The notes: a model not told the origin generated them from the sequence alone. Shown: positions 31,832-41,814, counted from the first letter of the stretch. The stretch is 64,000 nucleotides of DNA from Tolypothrix carrinoi HA7290-LM1 (GCA_019358935.1 JAHHIK010000017.1:31656-95655); one strand, 5' to 3'. A program made the numbers and translations.

Positions 31832-31889
31832 AATAGTAGTGGAGGTTATCGTATACTTAATGACATTGCTACAACTATGTCATTAGTTT

Positions 31890-32549
31890 ATGGACGAGCT
31901 AAACCTCCACCTGCAATCGTTCATTCAAGAGGCTTGCAGTCACATACCAGCCAGCCCACAGCGTCGTAAAGCCCTAAATTGTCTGCTCCGAGCCGTTCTG
32001 AAATCGGGGTGTCTTTGGACACCAGCAGCAGGGGATATTTATGAAGAGGCTCTATACAAAACCATGTTTAATTTAACCAAAACACTCTGCGATAAATACG
32101 ATCCAAGTCGAGGTTCATTCTTGACTTGGTTTAACATTTGCCTTCGCAGTCAGTACATGGATGAAATTCGCGCTGCCAAACGCGATCGCTCTCATAAACA
32201 GTCTGTATGGCAAAGTGATGAGGTCGAACTCGATCCCTTAGATCGAGTTGCTTCTGGTATAGATGCTACTTTGCTGCTTAACACTTGGGAATCATTTGTC
32301 CAATGGATTAAAGACGATCCTGATAATCTTCTTAAAGCTTGCCACATCGAAAATAATCCAAAAGCTAACTGTCAATTGCTTGCTTACTTGAGACTCGTCA
32401 TCGGCAAAGAATGGCAGGAAATTGCTCAAGAAGTTGGCTCATCACGCGGTGCAGTTACATCTCATTGGTCAAGAAAATGTCAACCTTTGCTCCGAGAATG
32501 GTTAGACAAAAATCAGAGGTTGTTTGGAGAAGATAACTATGAGCGATAA
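31890..32549 (+). CDS. Sigma-70 family/HetZ-like transcription factor
   Basis: Region-2-like YEEALYKT...YDPSRGSFLTWFN; C-terminal HTH EWQEIAQEVGSSRGAVTSHWSR. Confidence 0.75.
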   Translation: MDELNLHLQSFIQEACSHIPASPQRRKALNCLLRAVLKSGCLWTPAAGDIYEEALYKTMFNLTKTLCDKYDPSRGSFLTWFNICLRSQYMDEIRAAKRDRSHKQSVWQSDEVELDPLDRVASGIDATLLLNTWESFVQWIKDDPDNLLKACHIENNPKANCQLLAYLRLVIGKEWQEIAQEVGSSRGAVTSHWSRKCQPLLREWLDKNQRLFGEDNYER

Positions 32550-33417
32550 GCTAAATGTCTTACGGGAACTGGCAATTCCATTCCCAGTGACTGTATCGTT
32601 TAAAAGACAAGCCAGAGTCTACGCGTCGCAGTACTTCACTCAAGATGCCCAACAAAGAATTTATTTTAATACCCTAGCTGTACTCGTTGCTGATGCGTAT
32701 TTTCGTATGCTCGGTTTCGAGACTAATCTTGCCAAGCCAGAAAGATGGAATGCAGCTTATCGTCTGTGGAACGAAGCAAACGAGCTAGAACTGATTGGAT
32801 TGGGCAATTTGGAATGTCGCGCAATTGCTACAGGACAACAGTCTGTTATTTTACCACCGGAAAGTTTGAGCGATCGCATCGGCTATTTATTTGTAGAAAT
32901 CGCTAGTTCTGAAAAATCAGCGACACTGATTGGTTTTCTGCCTGCTTTTCATCCGGAAACTACAGATGCAGAAGTGGCGATCGCCACTTTACAGTCTATG
33001 GATGACCTCATTGATTACTTGACGCTCACGCAAGAATTTGCCGAAAAAAAACTTACTTACTTAAGAAACTGGTTAAATAACGTTTACGAGGCAGACTGGG
33101 AACCCTCAATGCGCGATCTCAGGAGTGCCACCTGTAAGAAAAAGCTCCAACTGGCAGGGCAAGTATTTGAAATGCAACTTTCTGTTTCTCAGAGCAACGA
33201 CGAATTGATTTTGGTTAGAGTTAATGTCAAAAGTGAAAGTGGTTCTCTACCTAGAGGAATGCAGGTCAGTGTACCAGACGAATCTGATATTTATACCGAA
33301 ACAGTGAATGAGGCTGCCGATCTTATTTCTATTCCTCTGGAATTATCTTCAGGTGAGGAGTTCTGGGTAGAGTTGCGGATAGGAGAAACCTTCATTAGAG
33401 AATACTTTATCGCCTGA
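32539..33417 (+). CDS. DUF1822 family protein
   Basis: QRIYFNTLAVLV..YF.MLG, LECR, DRIGYLFVEI...ATLIGF, LRNWL...W, F.VEL.....EYF; overlaps the sigma gene. Confidence 0.8.
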   Translation: MSDKLNVLRELAIPFPVTVSFKRQARVYASQYFTQDAQQRIYFNTLAVLVADAYFRMLGFETNLAKPERWNAAYRLWNEANELELIGLGNLECRAIATGQQSVILPPESLSDRIGYLFVEIASSEKSATLIGFLPAFHPETTDAEVAIATLQSMDDLIDYLTLTQEFAEKKLTYLRNWLNNVYEADWEPSMRDLRSATCKKKLQLAGQVFEMQLSVSQSNDELILVRVNVKSESGSLPRGMQVSVPDESDIYTETVNEAADLISIPLELSSGEEFWVELRIGETFIREYFIA

Positions 33418-33429
33418 AAAAAAGTTGCA

Positions 33430-35685
33430 ATGGCATTTAGAATCTCCTTTAAAATTGGCGGACGAGTACAACTTAACCATTCTGAAGTTCTGCCTGTCAC
33501 CCTTGCCATCTACGATCAACAAGGGCAAATAGAAGAACTCGTTTCGTTTCTTTCTCCTCTACCAAAACCTCTTGAAGATAAGTTTAAACAATGGCAGTAT
33601 TATATTGGTCTTCAAGGTAATCGTAAGGTTGCCAAAAATCAGAACAATCTAATTTCAGGTGTAGTCAATCTCACAGAACTCGCTAATTCCTTGAAAGCCG
33701 AATTAAACAAATGGTTAGGTAGCGATGGCTGGATTGATGAGAATGGACAATCCGATCCGCGTGTCAGTCAGGTTTTGGAAAGATTCAGGGAGAAAATTAC
33801 CCAAAAAGATGAAGTCCAGATTATTGTGCAGACAGAAGACCGACAACTGCGGGGACTTCCTTGGCAAGAGTGGGATACCTTGGCAGGCTATACTAGCAAA
33901 GGCGTAGAAGTTGCCATCAGTGCTACAAATTTCAAGCGACTGATTCAAAAGCAAACACCACAACTGAAAGCAACTGCACGCATACTTGTGGTGTTTGGTG
34001 ACGAAAAGCTTGGTTTTGCAGAAGAAGAAGATTTTATCAAAAGCCTGAGACAGCATGGCGGAGAACCCGATATCCTCAGACAACCTACACGTCAAGAATT
34101 AGAACAAAAGTTAAAAGACTCTCAAGGCTGGCACATTTTCTTTTTTGCAGGACATAGCCAAAGCGATCGCGACGGACGGATTGGACGCATTCAAATTAAC
34201 CCAGCCGATGGTGAACAAGGAATTATCGAAATCACGGAACTGAAAGATTTACTTGAAGGTGCAATCGAGAAAAAGTTGCAACTAGCAATCTTTAATTCTT
34301 GTGATGGTTTAGGACTGGCAAACCAGCTAACCGAGCTATCTCTACCCTACTGTATTGTCATGCGGGAAATGGTTGAGTCCTCTGTTGCTAGAGAATTATT
34401 GAAGCATTTTCTCGCAGCTTTTGTCAAAGATCGCTCTTTATTTGCATCGATGAATGCAGCCAGACAGCAGTTACAACAGAAATTTGAACCAGGTAAGAGT
34501 TGGCTTCCTGTAATTGTTGCCAATCCTCTGGCTAAAGAACTGACATGGAATCGTTTGTTTTCGGAGAGGAGGTTATCTTGGCAGTGGGAGATGCTATTGG
34601 GTATGGTTGCGATCGCTGTGCTGGTTTGCCTACCCATCGGCATATTTAGCGAGTTCCATTCTTTGGAAACCTTGACACTTTACGCGAAACTTTACCCTCA
34701 CCTTGTAGTGTATCCTTCTCTGTTTCTCTGGATGCCTTTGTTTGCGGCTTACAGAGCACATTGCATGATTCGCGTCAAGACACGTCCGTTTGTAATTATG
34801 ACACTCGTAACTGTGTTTTTCACATTGGGGGGGCTGTTGTTTGAGATCACTGGCGATCGCATAATGTTAATGGAGTTCAAATCCGATGCGACGACGACAA
34901 TTTACGCACAGCAACTCCCGGAACTTTACTTAAAGTGGAGAACTTCAAAGGCAGAAATCTCTAACATCCCCCAAGAAATTTTTAATCCTCGTCAGGTTTT
35001 CGACACTGAAGGAAATTTGACACTGAAAAAATCAGAGTTAGAGCCAGTCATAAAACGTCTTCACAGACTCAATAACATCAACATCGCGGGATTTCAAGGG
35101 CTTTTGCGGATTGCTACCGACTATGACGTTTGGCGACAAAATACTAAAGCTTTCTCGATAAGTCGATGGTTTTATGCTCTCAGCTTTGTTGCCATTATTA
35201 GTTGTGGTGTTCAGATTCTGGCACTTGTGGTGACAATTTGGCTTGAACCAGATTCTATATTTAACAAGAATAAATACTTGACATATGTCATCATATGTGA
35301 ATTGGGTATCCTGTTATGGCTGCCCTTTCAAAGCTACAGCATAGAGCATACCAAAAGCCTGTTATTTTCACCTGAGTTTAAAGGTACTCTAGCCGGACTT
35401 AATGTTCTTCTTTACGCAATTATTTCCATCATATTTTCGCCAACTATTATCTGCATATACAGAAGTGCAACTAAAAAATATCAGCCTATTTTATTGTCAT
35501 TCTTGTTAGGTAGTTTTAGTTTGACGCTTCTAGGTAGCTGGTTTGGTGTTTCTCTGATCGATCGCGTATTTGGGATGAGTAGTACCAATCCCCTGACTCC
35601 TTGGTTTGCAAGTAGCATTTTCTTTGCTGCTTTATTTTTCTTTTTGTTCGTGCGGTTGATTGATCGTGGCGTTGGAGACCAGTGA
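33430..35685 (+). CDS. CHAT-domain (caspase/HetF-like) protease fused to a multi-TM sensor region
   Basis: LPWQEW, FFFAGHS (His), IFNSCDG (Cys), VMRE, ARQQL, WLPVI; then about 8 hydrophobic helices with an extracytoplasmic loop. Confidence 0.85.
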   Translation: MAFRISFKIGGRVQLNHSEVLPVTLAIYDQQGQIEELVSFLSPLPKPLEDKFKQWQYYIGLQGNRKVAKNQNNLISGVVNLTELANSLKAELNKWLGSDGWIDENGQSDPRVSQVLERFREKITQKDEVQIIVQTEDRQLRGLPWQEWDTLAGYTSKGVEVAISATNFKRLIQKQTPQLKATARILVVFGDEKLGFAEEEDFIKSLRQHGGEPDILRQPTRQELEQKLKDSQGWHIFFFAGHSQSDRDGRIGRIQINPADGEQGIIEITELKDLLEGAIEKKLQLAIFNSCDGLGLANQLTELSLPYCIVMREMVESSVARELLKHFLAAFVKDRSLFASMNAARQQLQQKFEPGKSWLPVIVANPLAKELTWNRLFSERRLSWQWEMLLGMVAIAVLVCLPIGIFSEFHSLETLTLYAKLYPHLVVYPSLFLWMPLFAAYRAHCMIRVKTRPFVIMTLVTVFFTLGGLLFEITGDRIMLMEFKSDATTTIYAQQLPELYLKWRTSKAEISNIPQEIFNPRQVFDTEGNLTLKKSELEPVIKRLHRLNNINIAGFQGLLRIATDYDVWRQNTKAFSISRWFYALSFVAIISCGVQILALVVTIWLEPDSIFNKNKYLTYVIICELGILLWLPFQSYSIEHTKSLLFSPEFKGTLAGLNVLLYAIISIIFSPTIICIYRSATKKYQPILLSFLLGSFSLTLLGSWFGVSLIDRVFGMSSTNPLTPWFASSIFFAALFFFLFVRLIDRGVGDQ

Positions 35686-36299
35686 ATATGGAAGGTAAAT
35701 TAGTCAGCAAAGAACAGCAGAAAGTAATGCTGATTGTAAGCTTGGCATACATTTTGCCTGTTCTACTGATTTATTTGGGATTAGTTCCTTTTCGGGCGCG
35801 GTTTTATATCCTGATCTTGGCTGCTATTGCTATTTTAGCGATCGCTCGACTCTACCGATTTTCTCTTGTAGAACTGGGATTTACTAAACAACACCTGGGA
35901 ACTTCTCTCAAAGCGATCGCTCTACCAACCTTAGCTTCTGCTTTGCTCATGTTCATTTACTATATGATGCGAGGGATACGTATTGATAACTCTGCATACA
36001 AATGGACTTTCTACCTTTTCTTTGTTCTAGTGTCTTCTCCTCTACAAGAGTTTTTGTATCGCGGCTTTTTATTTGGTATTTTTTCGAGAGCAAAGTTGGC
36101 GATTTGGTTACATATTTTACTCTCAACGTTACTCTACAGTTTCGTTCATCTCATTTATCAAGATGTACCTACGCTGCTATCCACATTTATCCTTGGTATG
36201 TTCTGGGGCTATCACTACGCAAAGTATCGGAATTTATATAGTATCATTATCAGTCACTCACTACTTGGTGCGATCGCTATTCTAGTTGGTCTGGTATAA
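35682..36299 (+). CDS. CPBP (Abi/CAAX type II) intramembrane protease
   Basis: QEFLYRG, YSFVH, IISHS motifs; GTGA overlap with the CHAT gene. Confidence 0.85.
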   Translation: MNMEGKLVSKEQQKVMLIVSLAYILPVLLIYLGLVPFRARFYILILAAIAILAIARLYRFSLVELGFTKQHLGTSLKAIALPTLASALLMFIYYMMRGIRIDNSAYKWTFYLFFVLVSSPLQEFLYRGFLFGIFSRAKLAIWLHILLSTLLYSFVHLIYQDVPTLLSTFILGMFWGYHYAKYRNLYSIIISHSLLGAIAILVGLV

Positions 36300-36770
36300 T
36301 AAAGCTCAAGCAAAATTTTTTGAGTGTTGTGCAGCACAGGGTGACTCTCGTAGGTATATAAACTGAGCCTGTAGTGCGATCGCTATAAGAGTGATGGTAT
36401 CAGGCTCAAGCAAAGTTTTTTGAGTGTTATGCAGCACGGGGTGACTCTCCTACGTATATAGATTGAGCAGGAGTGCGTTCGCCCTTGGCGTTGGCGTTCG
36501 CGGAGCGTCTCGAAGAGAAGCCATCGCTATTTTAGTTGTTCTGGTATAAATCAAGCAAAATTTTTTAAATGTTGTGCAGCACGGGGTGACTCTAGTACGT
36601 ATCTAGATTGAGCAGGAGTGCGTTCGCCCTTGGCGTTGGCGTTCGCGGAGCGTCTCGAAGAGAAGCCATCGCTATTTTAGTGGGTCTGGTATCAGACTCA
36701 GGCAAAGTTTTTTGAGTGTTGTGCAGCACAGGGTGACTCTAGCACGTATATGTATTGTGAAGGATAGGAA
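36270..36770 (+). repeat. Four tandem ~100-bp promoter-bearing units (HIP1-bounded; two with an identical 45-nt insert in HIP1)
   Basis: TCAAGCAAAATTTTTTGAGTGTTGTGCAGCACGGGGTGACTCTAGTACGTATATAGATTG consensus, with GCAGCA at 36331, 36431, 36576 and 36723. Confidence 0.92.
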
Positions 36771-36918
36771 ACTAACCAGATGAGGAAGGAATGAGTAAGT
36801 ATGTTGCAAAAAGTATTTGTAAATCTTGTAATAGCTGTCAAAATTACTTTTGATCATCTTAAGCCATGTTAGCTAATAGTTGTACAAGTTTACCTAAATT
36901 TATGACCCACGATATAGT

Positions 36919-37995
36919 ATGTTTGACTTAAATGCAAAACGTCGAAAAACAATAGCCTCATTTTTTAGCTTATCTCTTGCCTTTGTTTTAATGGTAAGTT
37001 GTGTTGCTGCTCCTCCGATAACTTTGGCAACTATATTTAGTGCGGCTAATACACTCGTCAGCTTAATTGATATTACTGAGAAAGCATTTTACATAACTTC
37101 TAAATTAGTAAATACTTCTTATGGAGAATTAAAAGTAAATTTAGATAGTGAAAGATTCGTAGTTAATCCAAATTTCTCTAATGCAACCATCGAAAATATG
37201 GAAGCTCGACATTTAGATTTATCAACACAACATAAAGAATTGGATAATTCAATTTATAAAACTAATGTAGCTGCAAACAAATTCTTTTCAATGCTTGAAA
37301 CAAGAGCTAACCAAAATTCTAGACCTGAATTTAAAGAAAAGTTATTGCGTGATATTCGTGTCAGTAAAAAAGCTTTTGGAGAGAAAATAGAAGTAGCTGA
37401 AAATGTTTCATCAAAACTTAAATTTTCAATCAAAGAATATGACAATATTCTCAGTTTTTTACAGGTAACTACAGTGCTTAAGGAAGCACAGAAATACATT
37501 ACAACGGTTGATTCGGTGATATCACAGTATGAAACCTTGAATCAAGAGGTTCAGGTAGCCCTGAATGAAGGACGGCAAATAATTGCAAATGTTGCGGATG
37601 TTCCTTCTAAAAAGCCTGAAGGGGCAGTTTCCATACCAACACCTAACGAAAATACAACCCAACAGCAAGTAGATCATCCCGTCTTAGGAATAAAGGGTAT
37701 AGGTCTGACACAAGAAGCGCGTCAGCAGATCAAGCAAGACAAAAATCTCGAACACCTCTTACTAAATCTAGATAATGTAGATAAGGGTGTCCTGGTAGTT
37801 GAAGTATTTCAAAATTCCTCTGCTGCTGAGGCTGGTATCAAAGCGGGTGATGTTATTTTGACAATCAATGGCAAAGCTGTAACTGATGTCAGTGAAATTA
37901 CAGCCGAACTCAAAAAATCTCAAGTAGGTGCACAATTACCCTTGGTAGTGCATCGCAATCAACAAAACTGGGAATTTTTGGTGCGTCTCATTTAG
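36919..37995 (+). CDS. Lipoprotein with coiled-coil region and HtrA-type PDZ domain
   Basis: Lipobox MVSC; helical middle; VDHPVLGI...GVLVVEV...AAEAGIKAGDVILTING PDZ. Confidence 0.78.
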   Translation: MFDLNAKRRKTIASFFSLSLAFVLMVSCVAAPPITLATIFSAANTLVSLIDITEKAFYITSKLVNTSYGELKVNLDSERFVVNPNFSNATIENMEARHLDLSTQHKELDNSIYKTNVAANKFFSMLETRANQNSRPEFKEKLLRDIRVSKKAFGEKIEVAENVSSKLKFSIKEYDNILSFLQVTTVLKEAQKYITTVDSVISQYETLNQEVQVALNEGRQIIANVADVPSKKPEGAVSIPTPNENTTQQQVDHPVLGIKGIGLTQEARQQIKQDKNLEHLLLNLDNVDKGVLVVEVFQNSSAAEAGIKAGDVILTINGKAVTDVSEITAELKKSQVGAQLPLVVHRNQQNWEFLVRLI

Positions 37996-38089
37996 CTGAA
38001 CTTCATCTTCTATCTACGGATATTGCCCTTGACTTATCAAAACTTGCCATTGAAGCACACGATTAAGACTATTAAACTGAAGCAACCTT

Positions 38090-38362
38090 GCATTGCTATT
38101 TTAGTAAGTCTGGTATCAGGCTCAAGCAAAATTTTTTGAGTGTTGTGCAGCACGGGGTGAGTCTAATACGTATCTAGATTGAGCAGGAGTGCGATCGCCG
38201 TTCGCGCAGCGTCTCGTTCGCGATCTTCGTCTTTGTTCGCGTAGCGTCCCGAAGGGAAGGAGAAGAGAAGCCATCGGTACTACAGTATCAAACTAAAAAA
38301 AAATTAAGTCTTTTGCAGCAAGGGGTGAGTCTAGTCCGTATATAGATTGTGAGGGATACGAG
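38090..38362 (+). repeat. Two further promoter-repeat units separated by nested small dispersed repeats
   Basis: GCAGCA at 38147 and 38315, each followed by CGTAT after 16 nt; HIP1 at 38191. Confidence 0.88.
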
Positions 38363-38425
38363 ACTGCTGCTCATTTGACCCCGTAATTAGATGGACGAAA
38401 ACACACACCGAGGTGAATTACGAAA

Positions 38426-38677
38426 ATGAAAAATCAACTATCGAACAGTCCTATGAAATTTATGATTCGGTTATCAACTCTTGCTTTAGTTGCAATCGCG
38501 ATGGTCGGTTGCGATGAAGAAACTCAACAACAACCTGACCTGAGCCAACAAATGCCGGATCAGCAAATAACCCAGCCCAACCGTCAGCCCGAACCTGAGT
38601 CCTCTTCTGCACCAAGCAATCCACCGATCGATCCTTTCTATGGTTCGGGTCCAGGCGGCTCGTTCTACGGAAATTAA
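38426..38677 (+). CDS. Small lipoprotein ending PIDPFYGSGPGGSFYGN
   Basis: RBS GAGGTG; lipobox MVGC; Q/P-rich linker. Confidence 0.75.
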   Translation: MKNQLSNSPMKFMIRLSTLALVAIAMVGCDEETQQQPDLSQQMPDQQITQPNRQPEPESSSAPSNPPIDPFYGSGPGGSFYGN

Positions 38678-38683
38678 TCTGTA

Positions 38684-38760
38684 GCCTCAAGCAAAATTTT
38701 TTAAGTGTTATGCAGCACGGGGTGACTCTAGTACGTATATAGATTGTGAGGGATACGAAA
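38684..38760 (+). repeat. Promoter-repeat unit
   Basis: GCAGCA at 38712, CGTATA at 38734. Confidence 0.9.
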
Positions 38761-38872
38761 CCGCAAAGGTAAGTCAGAATGTCTGCTGCTGTAAGCTTCC
38801 ATTCTGCAATTCTATCTACAACCATCGATTACCTCAGTTACCAAAACCTATCACCATAAGGAATACAGTCTT

Positions 38873-39388
38873 ATGAAATTTATTGTTGGGTTATCAAGTC
38901 TTGCCTTATTTTCACTCTCTAGCGTTTCTCCATGTTTAGCTGTCAACCAGTTGGTCAGTCCCTCGGTAGATAAAACTTTACGCAGTACAACAACAACAAT
39001 CCAGGTGGCTAACACCTTCGGCTCTGTCATCCAAATAATCAATACAGTAGACCACGAGATACGCAACAGAGAAAGAGCCAGGCAAAGACAAGAAAGTTTA
39101 GATATCTATAGACAACGAAATGAGGAACGACAAAGAAAGCTAGAAGCCACTAGACAAGCAGCTAGACAACGGCGAGAAGCATACCTGCAAAGCCTCACAC
39201 CCCAGCAGCGAGCAAAGTTTCTGGCAGCAGAGCGGGAACGAAACACCCTGATGTGGCGCACCCTTATTGATGCCGCAACCATCACGGCACCCACGACGAG
39301 CAATGATGGTTCCAGCACAGGAACAGGGTATCGTAGTCAGGTTGAAAATTGCCACTACGACAATCAAGGTCAAACGATATGTTGGTGA
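38873..39388 (+). CDS. Secreted hypothetical protein (LTxxQ helix, C-terminal C-x9-C)
   Basis: Signal MKFIVGLSSLALFSLSSVSPCLA; YLQSLTPQQR; ends NCHYDNQGQTICW. Confidence 0.75.
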   Translation: MKFIVGLSSLALFSLSSVSPCLAVNQLVSPSVDKTLRSTTTTIQVANTFGSVIQIINTVDHEIRNRERARQRQESLDIYRQRNEERQRKLEATRQAARQRREAYLQSLTPQQRAKFLAAERERNTLMWRTLIDAATITAPTTSNDGSSTGTGYRSQVENCHYDNQGQTICW

Positions 39389-39485
39389 GAATGCTCCTAC
39401 TCCTACGGTTTAAGTAAGTCGGCACAAATGTTTGTAGTTCGATTATCCCAGTCACAAAAAGCTACCACTAACAGGATATATTCTT

Positions 39486-39989
39486 ATGAAATTCATTGTT
39501 GGGTTATCAAGTCTGGCTTTATTTTCACTTTCTAGCATTTCTCCATGTTTAGCTGCCAATCAGTTGGTCAATTCTTCAGAGCAATCTTTACCAAGTACAA
39601 CAAAAACAATCCAGATTGCTCAAACACGGCGACGTGTCAATATGTATCAAAGAAGAAAACAACAAAGTGCCGCCGCCGCCGCCGCTAGACGTGAAGCAGA
39701 AAGAAGATACTTTCAAAGTCTGACTCCAGAACAAAAACGAGCATATATTGCTCAGAGACGGGCTAGACAGGAACAACAAGCGAGACAGATGTTACTAATG
39801 CTTGGAATACTGGGGGCAGCAATGGGGGGGAACTCAGGCGCGTCACCAAGCTCAAATGCTAATCAAGACAGATGGATTGTAGAAGATAGCTATAACAGAC
39901 AACCAGCATATCAATCTGCTCCTACACCTGTTGCACCAATTAGTCCCTTCTACGGAACGGGTCCTGGAGGATCATTCTATGGCAATTAG
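39486..39989 (+). CDS. Secreted hypothetical paralog ending PISPFYGTGPGGSFYGN
   Basis: Near-identical signal peptide; YFQSLTPEQK; hydrophobic helix; conserved tail. Confidence 0.78.
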   Translation: MKFIVGLSSLALFSLSSISPCLAANQLVNSSEQSLPSTTKTIQIAQTRRRVNMYQRRKQQSAAAAAARREAERRYFQSLTPEQKRAYIAQRRARQEQQARQMLLMLGILGAAMGGNSGASPSSNANQDRWIVEDSYNRQPAYQSAPTPVAPISPFYGTGPGGSFYGN

Positions 39990-40082
39990 ACCAGGAAAAT
40001 AACTAAAACGAGCGGTAAGGAGTGAGATTAATAACTTTTCCATCTCACCCCTTTCCCATAACTGATATTTCTTTATCGCAAC

Positions 40083-40934
40083 ATGAGTATCTTTAAACAA
40101 CAAAGGATTATGAATTTAAGTAGAATCGGTTTGATTTTAGCTCCGATTTTAGTGACCTCTGCCACTTTTTTTCCTTCTCAGGTAAGAGCAAAATCGCGAA
40201 TTACCTCAATAGGTGATGCTGCTCTTAATGCGGCTGATCATTGTCGCAAGAATGCTCCAGCATTTTTACGTGAAAATCCCACAAATATGAAGGTTATGGC
40301 TAGTCACTGTGCACAAATTGTTCACAGAGTTGTTGCGGCTCTGAGGGCAGCTAAATATCGTCCGACAGGTTTAAATTTACAATCAGATAGAGATTTGACG
40401 GTTTTCATCAACAGAACTTCTCCTATCCTTGCCAAAGATGCTTCTGTTACTCAAAGTATTAGAAGTGCGCGAGATGTATTTAGCGATGATGTGATAGAGA
40501 CAATTCTCTTGGGATCAATTGGTGTGTATGCGTATCTGGATTTTGGCATTGACATTACTCACAATTCGCGTAATCGAACACTTGGAGGATGGGAGGCAGC
40601 AATTGGGGGTAACTCAAGAGCTTCATCAAGATCCAACTCCTCACCAGTGGCTTTACCTTCTCCTAATTCGCCTCCTCCTTATTTACCTTCTCCTAATTCT
40701 CCTCCTGTGAATGCACAAAAAAAGATTTCGGATCAGCGAGTTTTAGCCCGAATTTCTAATAATGTTTGCCAAAAATACGTTACTATTCAACAAAAACATC
40801 AAGCTTGTAATCGATTAACAGTTAGCGGAATATCGGCTTTAAATAGCTCCAGGCTTAATCCCATTGGGGTGAATTTAAGAAATGACTCACAGTTTCAAGC
40901 TTATCTAAAAAAAGCGGGAGATGTCTTGACTTAG
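40083..40934 (+). CDS. Secreted hypothetical protein with Pro-rich linker
   Basis: Signal peptide ending VRA; LPSPNSPP x2; paired Cys in two domains. Confidence 0.7.
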   Translation: MSIFKQQRIMNLSRIGLILAPILVTSATFFPSQVRAKSRITSIGDAALNAADHCRKNAPAFLRENPTNMKVMASHCAQIVHRVVAALRAAKYRPTGLNLQSDRDLTVFINRTSPILAKDASVTQSIRSARDVFSDDVIETILLGSIGVYAYLDFGIDITHNSRNRTLGGWEAAIGGNSRASSRSNSSPVALPSPNSPPPYLPSPNSPPVNAQKKISDQRVLARISNNVCQKYVTIQQKHQACNRLTVSGISALNSSRLNPIGVNLRNDSQFQAYLKKAGDVLT

Positions 40935-41256
40935 GACAATTCCTTTATATCCTCTTTCACATTTGCTTCGAGTCATTTAACTAAACAAGAAACTTCAGAT
41001 ATTTACTTGTCTATCATTATTGCTTATAGTGCGTTTAAGAATCAAGGATACTAGAATTCTCGTAATATAGTTCATAGTGAGGAATTTATTTCTGCTTTTA
41101 GGACTAAATTTCTTAATACTAACCTGTAATTATTGACGCTGAGGATAATCTTTTCTATAGCTTTTCTAATTTTCCATACTCGTCAATTAAGTTAGATGTA
41201 GATTGGGTTGAGGCTTTGTGAAACTCGACATTATCAACATTTGTAATTAATAATTT

Positions 41257-41814
41257 ATGTCTAAGCTCAGAAAAAGGCTAATAAATCTTTCCTTCATGGG
41301 TGGTGCGATCGCACTGTTACTTATTCCAACCACCTCTTCCTATGCTTCAAGCCTTAATAGTATTTTCTTCATTACCAAGAGTGACAACGGTAATCAGGTG
41401 CATTATGGTGTGCAGACTAATGCAGACTGCTCTCTAAAAGCTCCTAAACCTGTGTACCCCTATTGGAAGCTCGAAAGTGGTCGGTTAGAGCGTTTGCTTT
41501 CCATTGAGGTTCCAGCTTTTGGTATTGCCAGCCAATCAGTTTCAGGCAATGAAGTAGTCATGGAAGTGAACGGCTTCAAAGCACGAGGAATTTCAAAACC
41601 CATTACGATTCGATCTACCCAATTAAAAAGTCAAGAGTGTCAAATATTGGCTTTTACAAAAATCAATGGTGAAGCCACTCGGCTGCTTCAAGTTCATATT
41701 GACTTGACTAGACAGGGTTTATTTGGGCTTGGTGGTACCGTTCACAGCATCACATTTTACGGTGCTGATCAAAAGCAGGAAAAGATTGTTTGTAAATCTA
41801 ATTGTAGTTTCTAA
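41257..41814 (+). CDS. DUF4833-like secreted protein
   Basis: Signal peptide; IFFITKSDNGNQVHY...PVYPYW...E..AFGI. Confidence 0.7.
   Translation: MSKLRKRLINLSFMGGAIALLLIPTTSSYASSLNSIFFITKSDNGNQVHYGVQTNADCSLKAPKPVYPYWKLESGRLERLLSIEVPAFGIASQSVSGNEVVMEVNGFKARGISKPITIRSTQLKSQECQILAFTKINGEATRLLQVHIDLTRQGLFGLGGTVHSITFYGADQKQEKIVCKSNCSF

Noticed and set aside
36300..38760. CRISPR array
   Set aside because: Repeats are 60-100 bp and degenerate, the intervening sequences are duplicated or contain whole genes, and no cas genes are present.
39936..39989. Lasso-peptide precursor (tail resembles the PISFYG end of microcin J25)
   Set aside because: No lasso cyclase, peptidase or RRE genes in the window, and the precursors have Sec/lipoprotein signals; the resemblance is probably coincidental.
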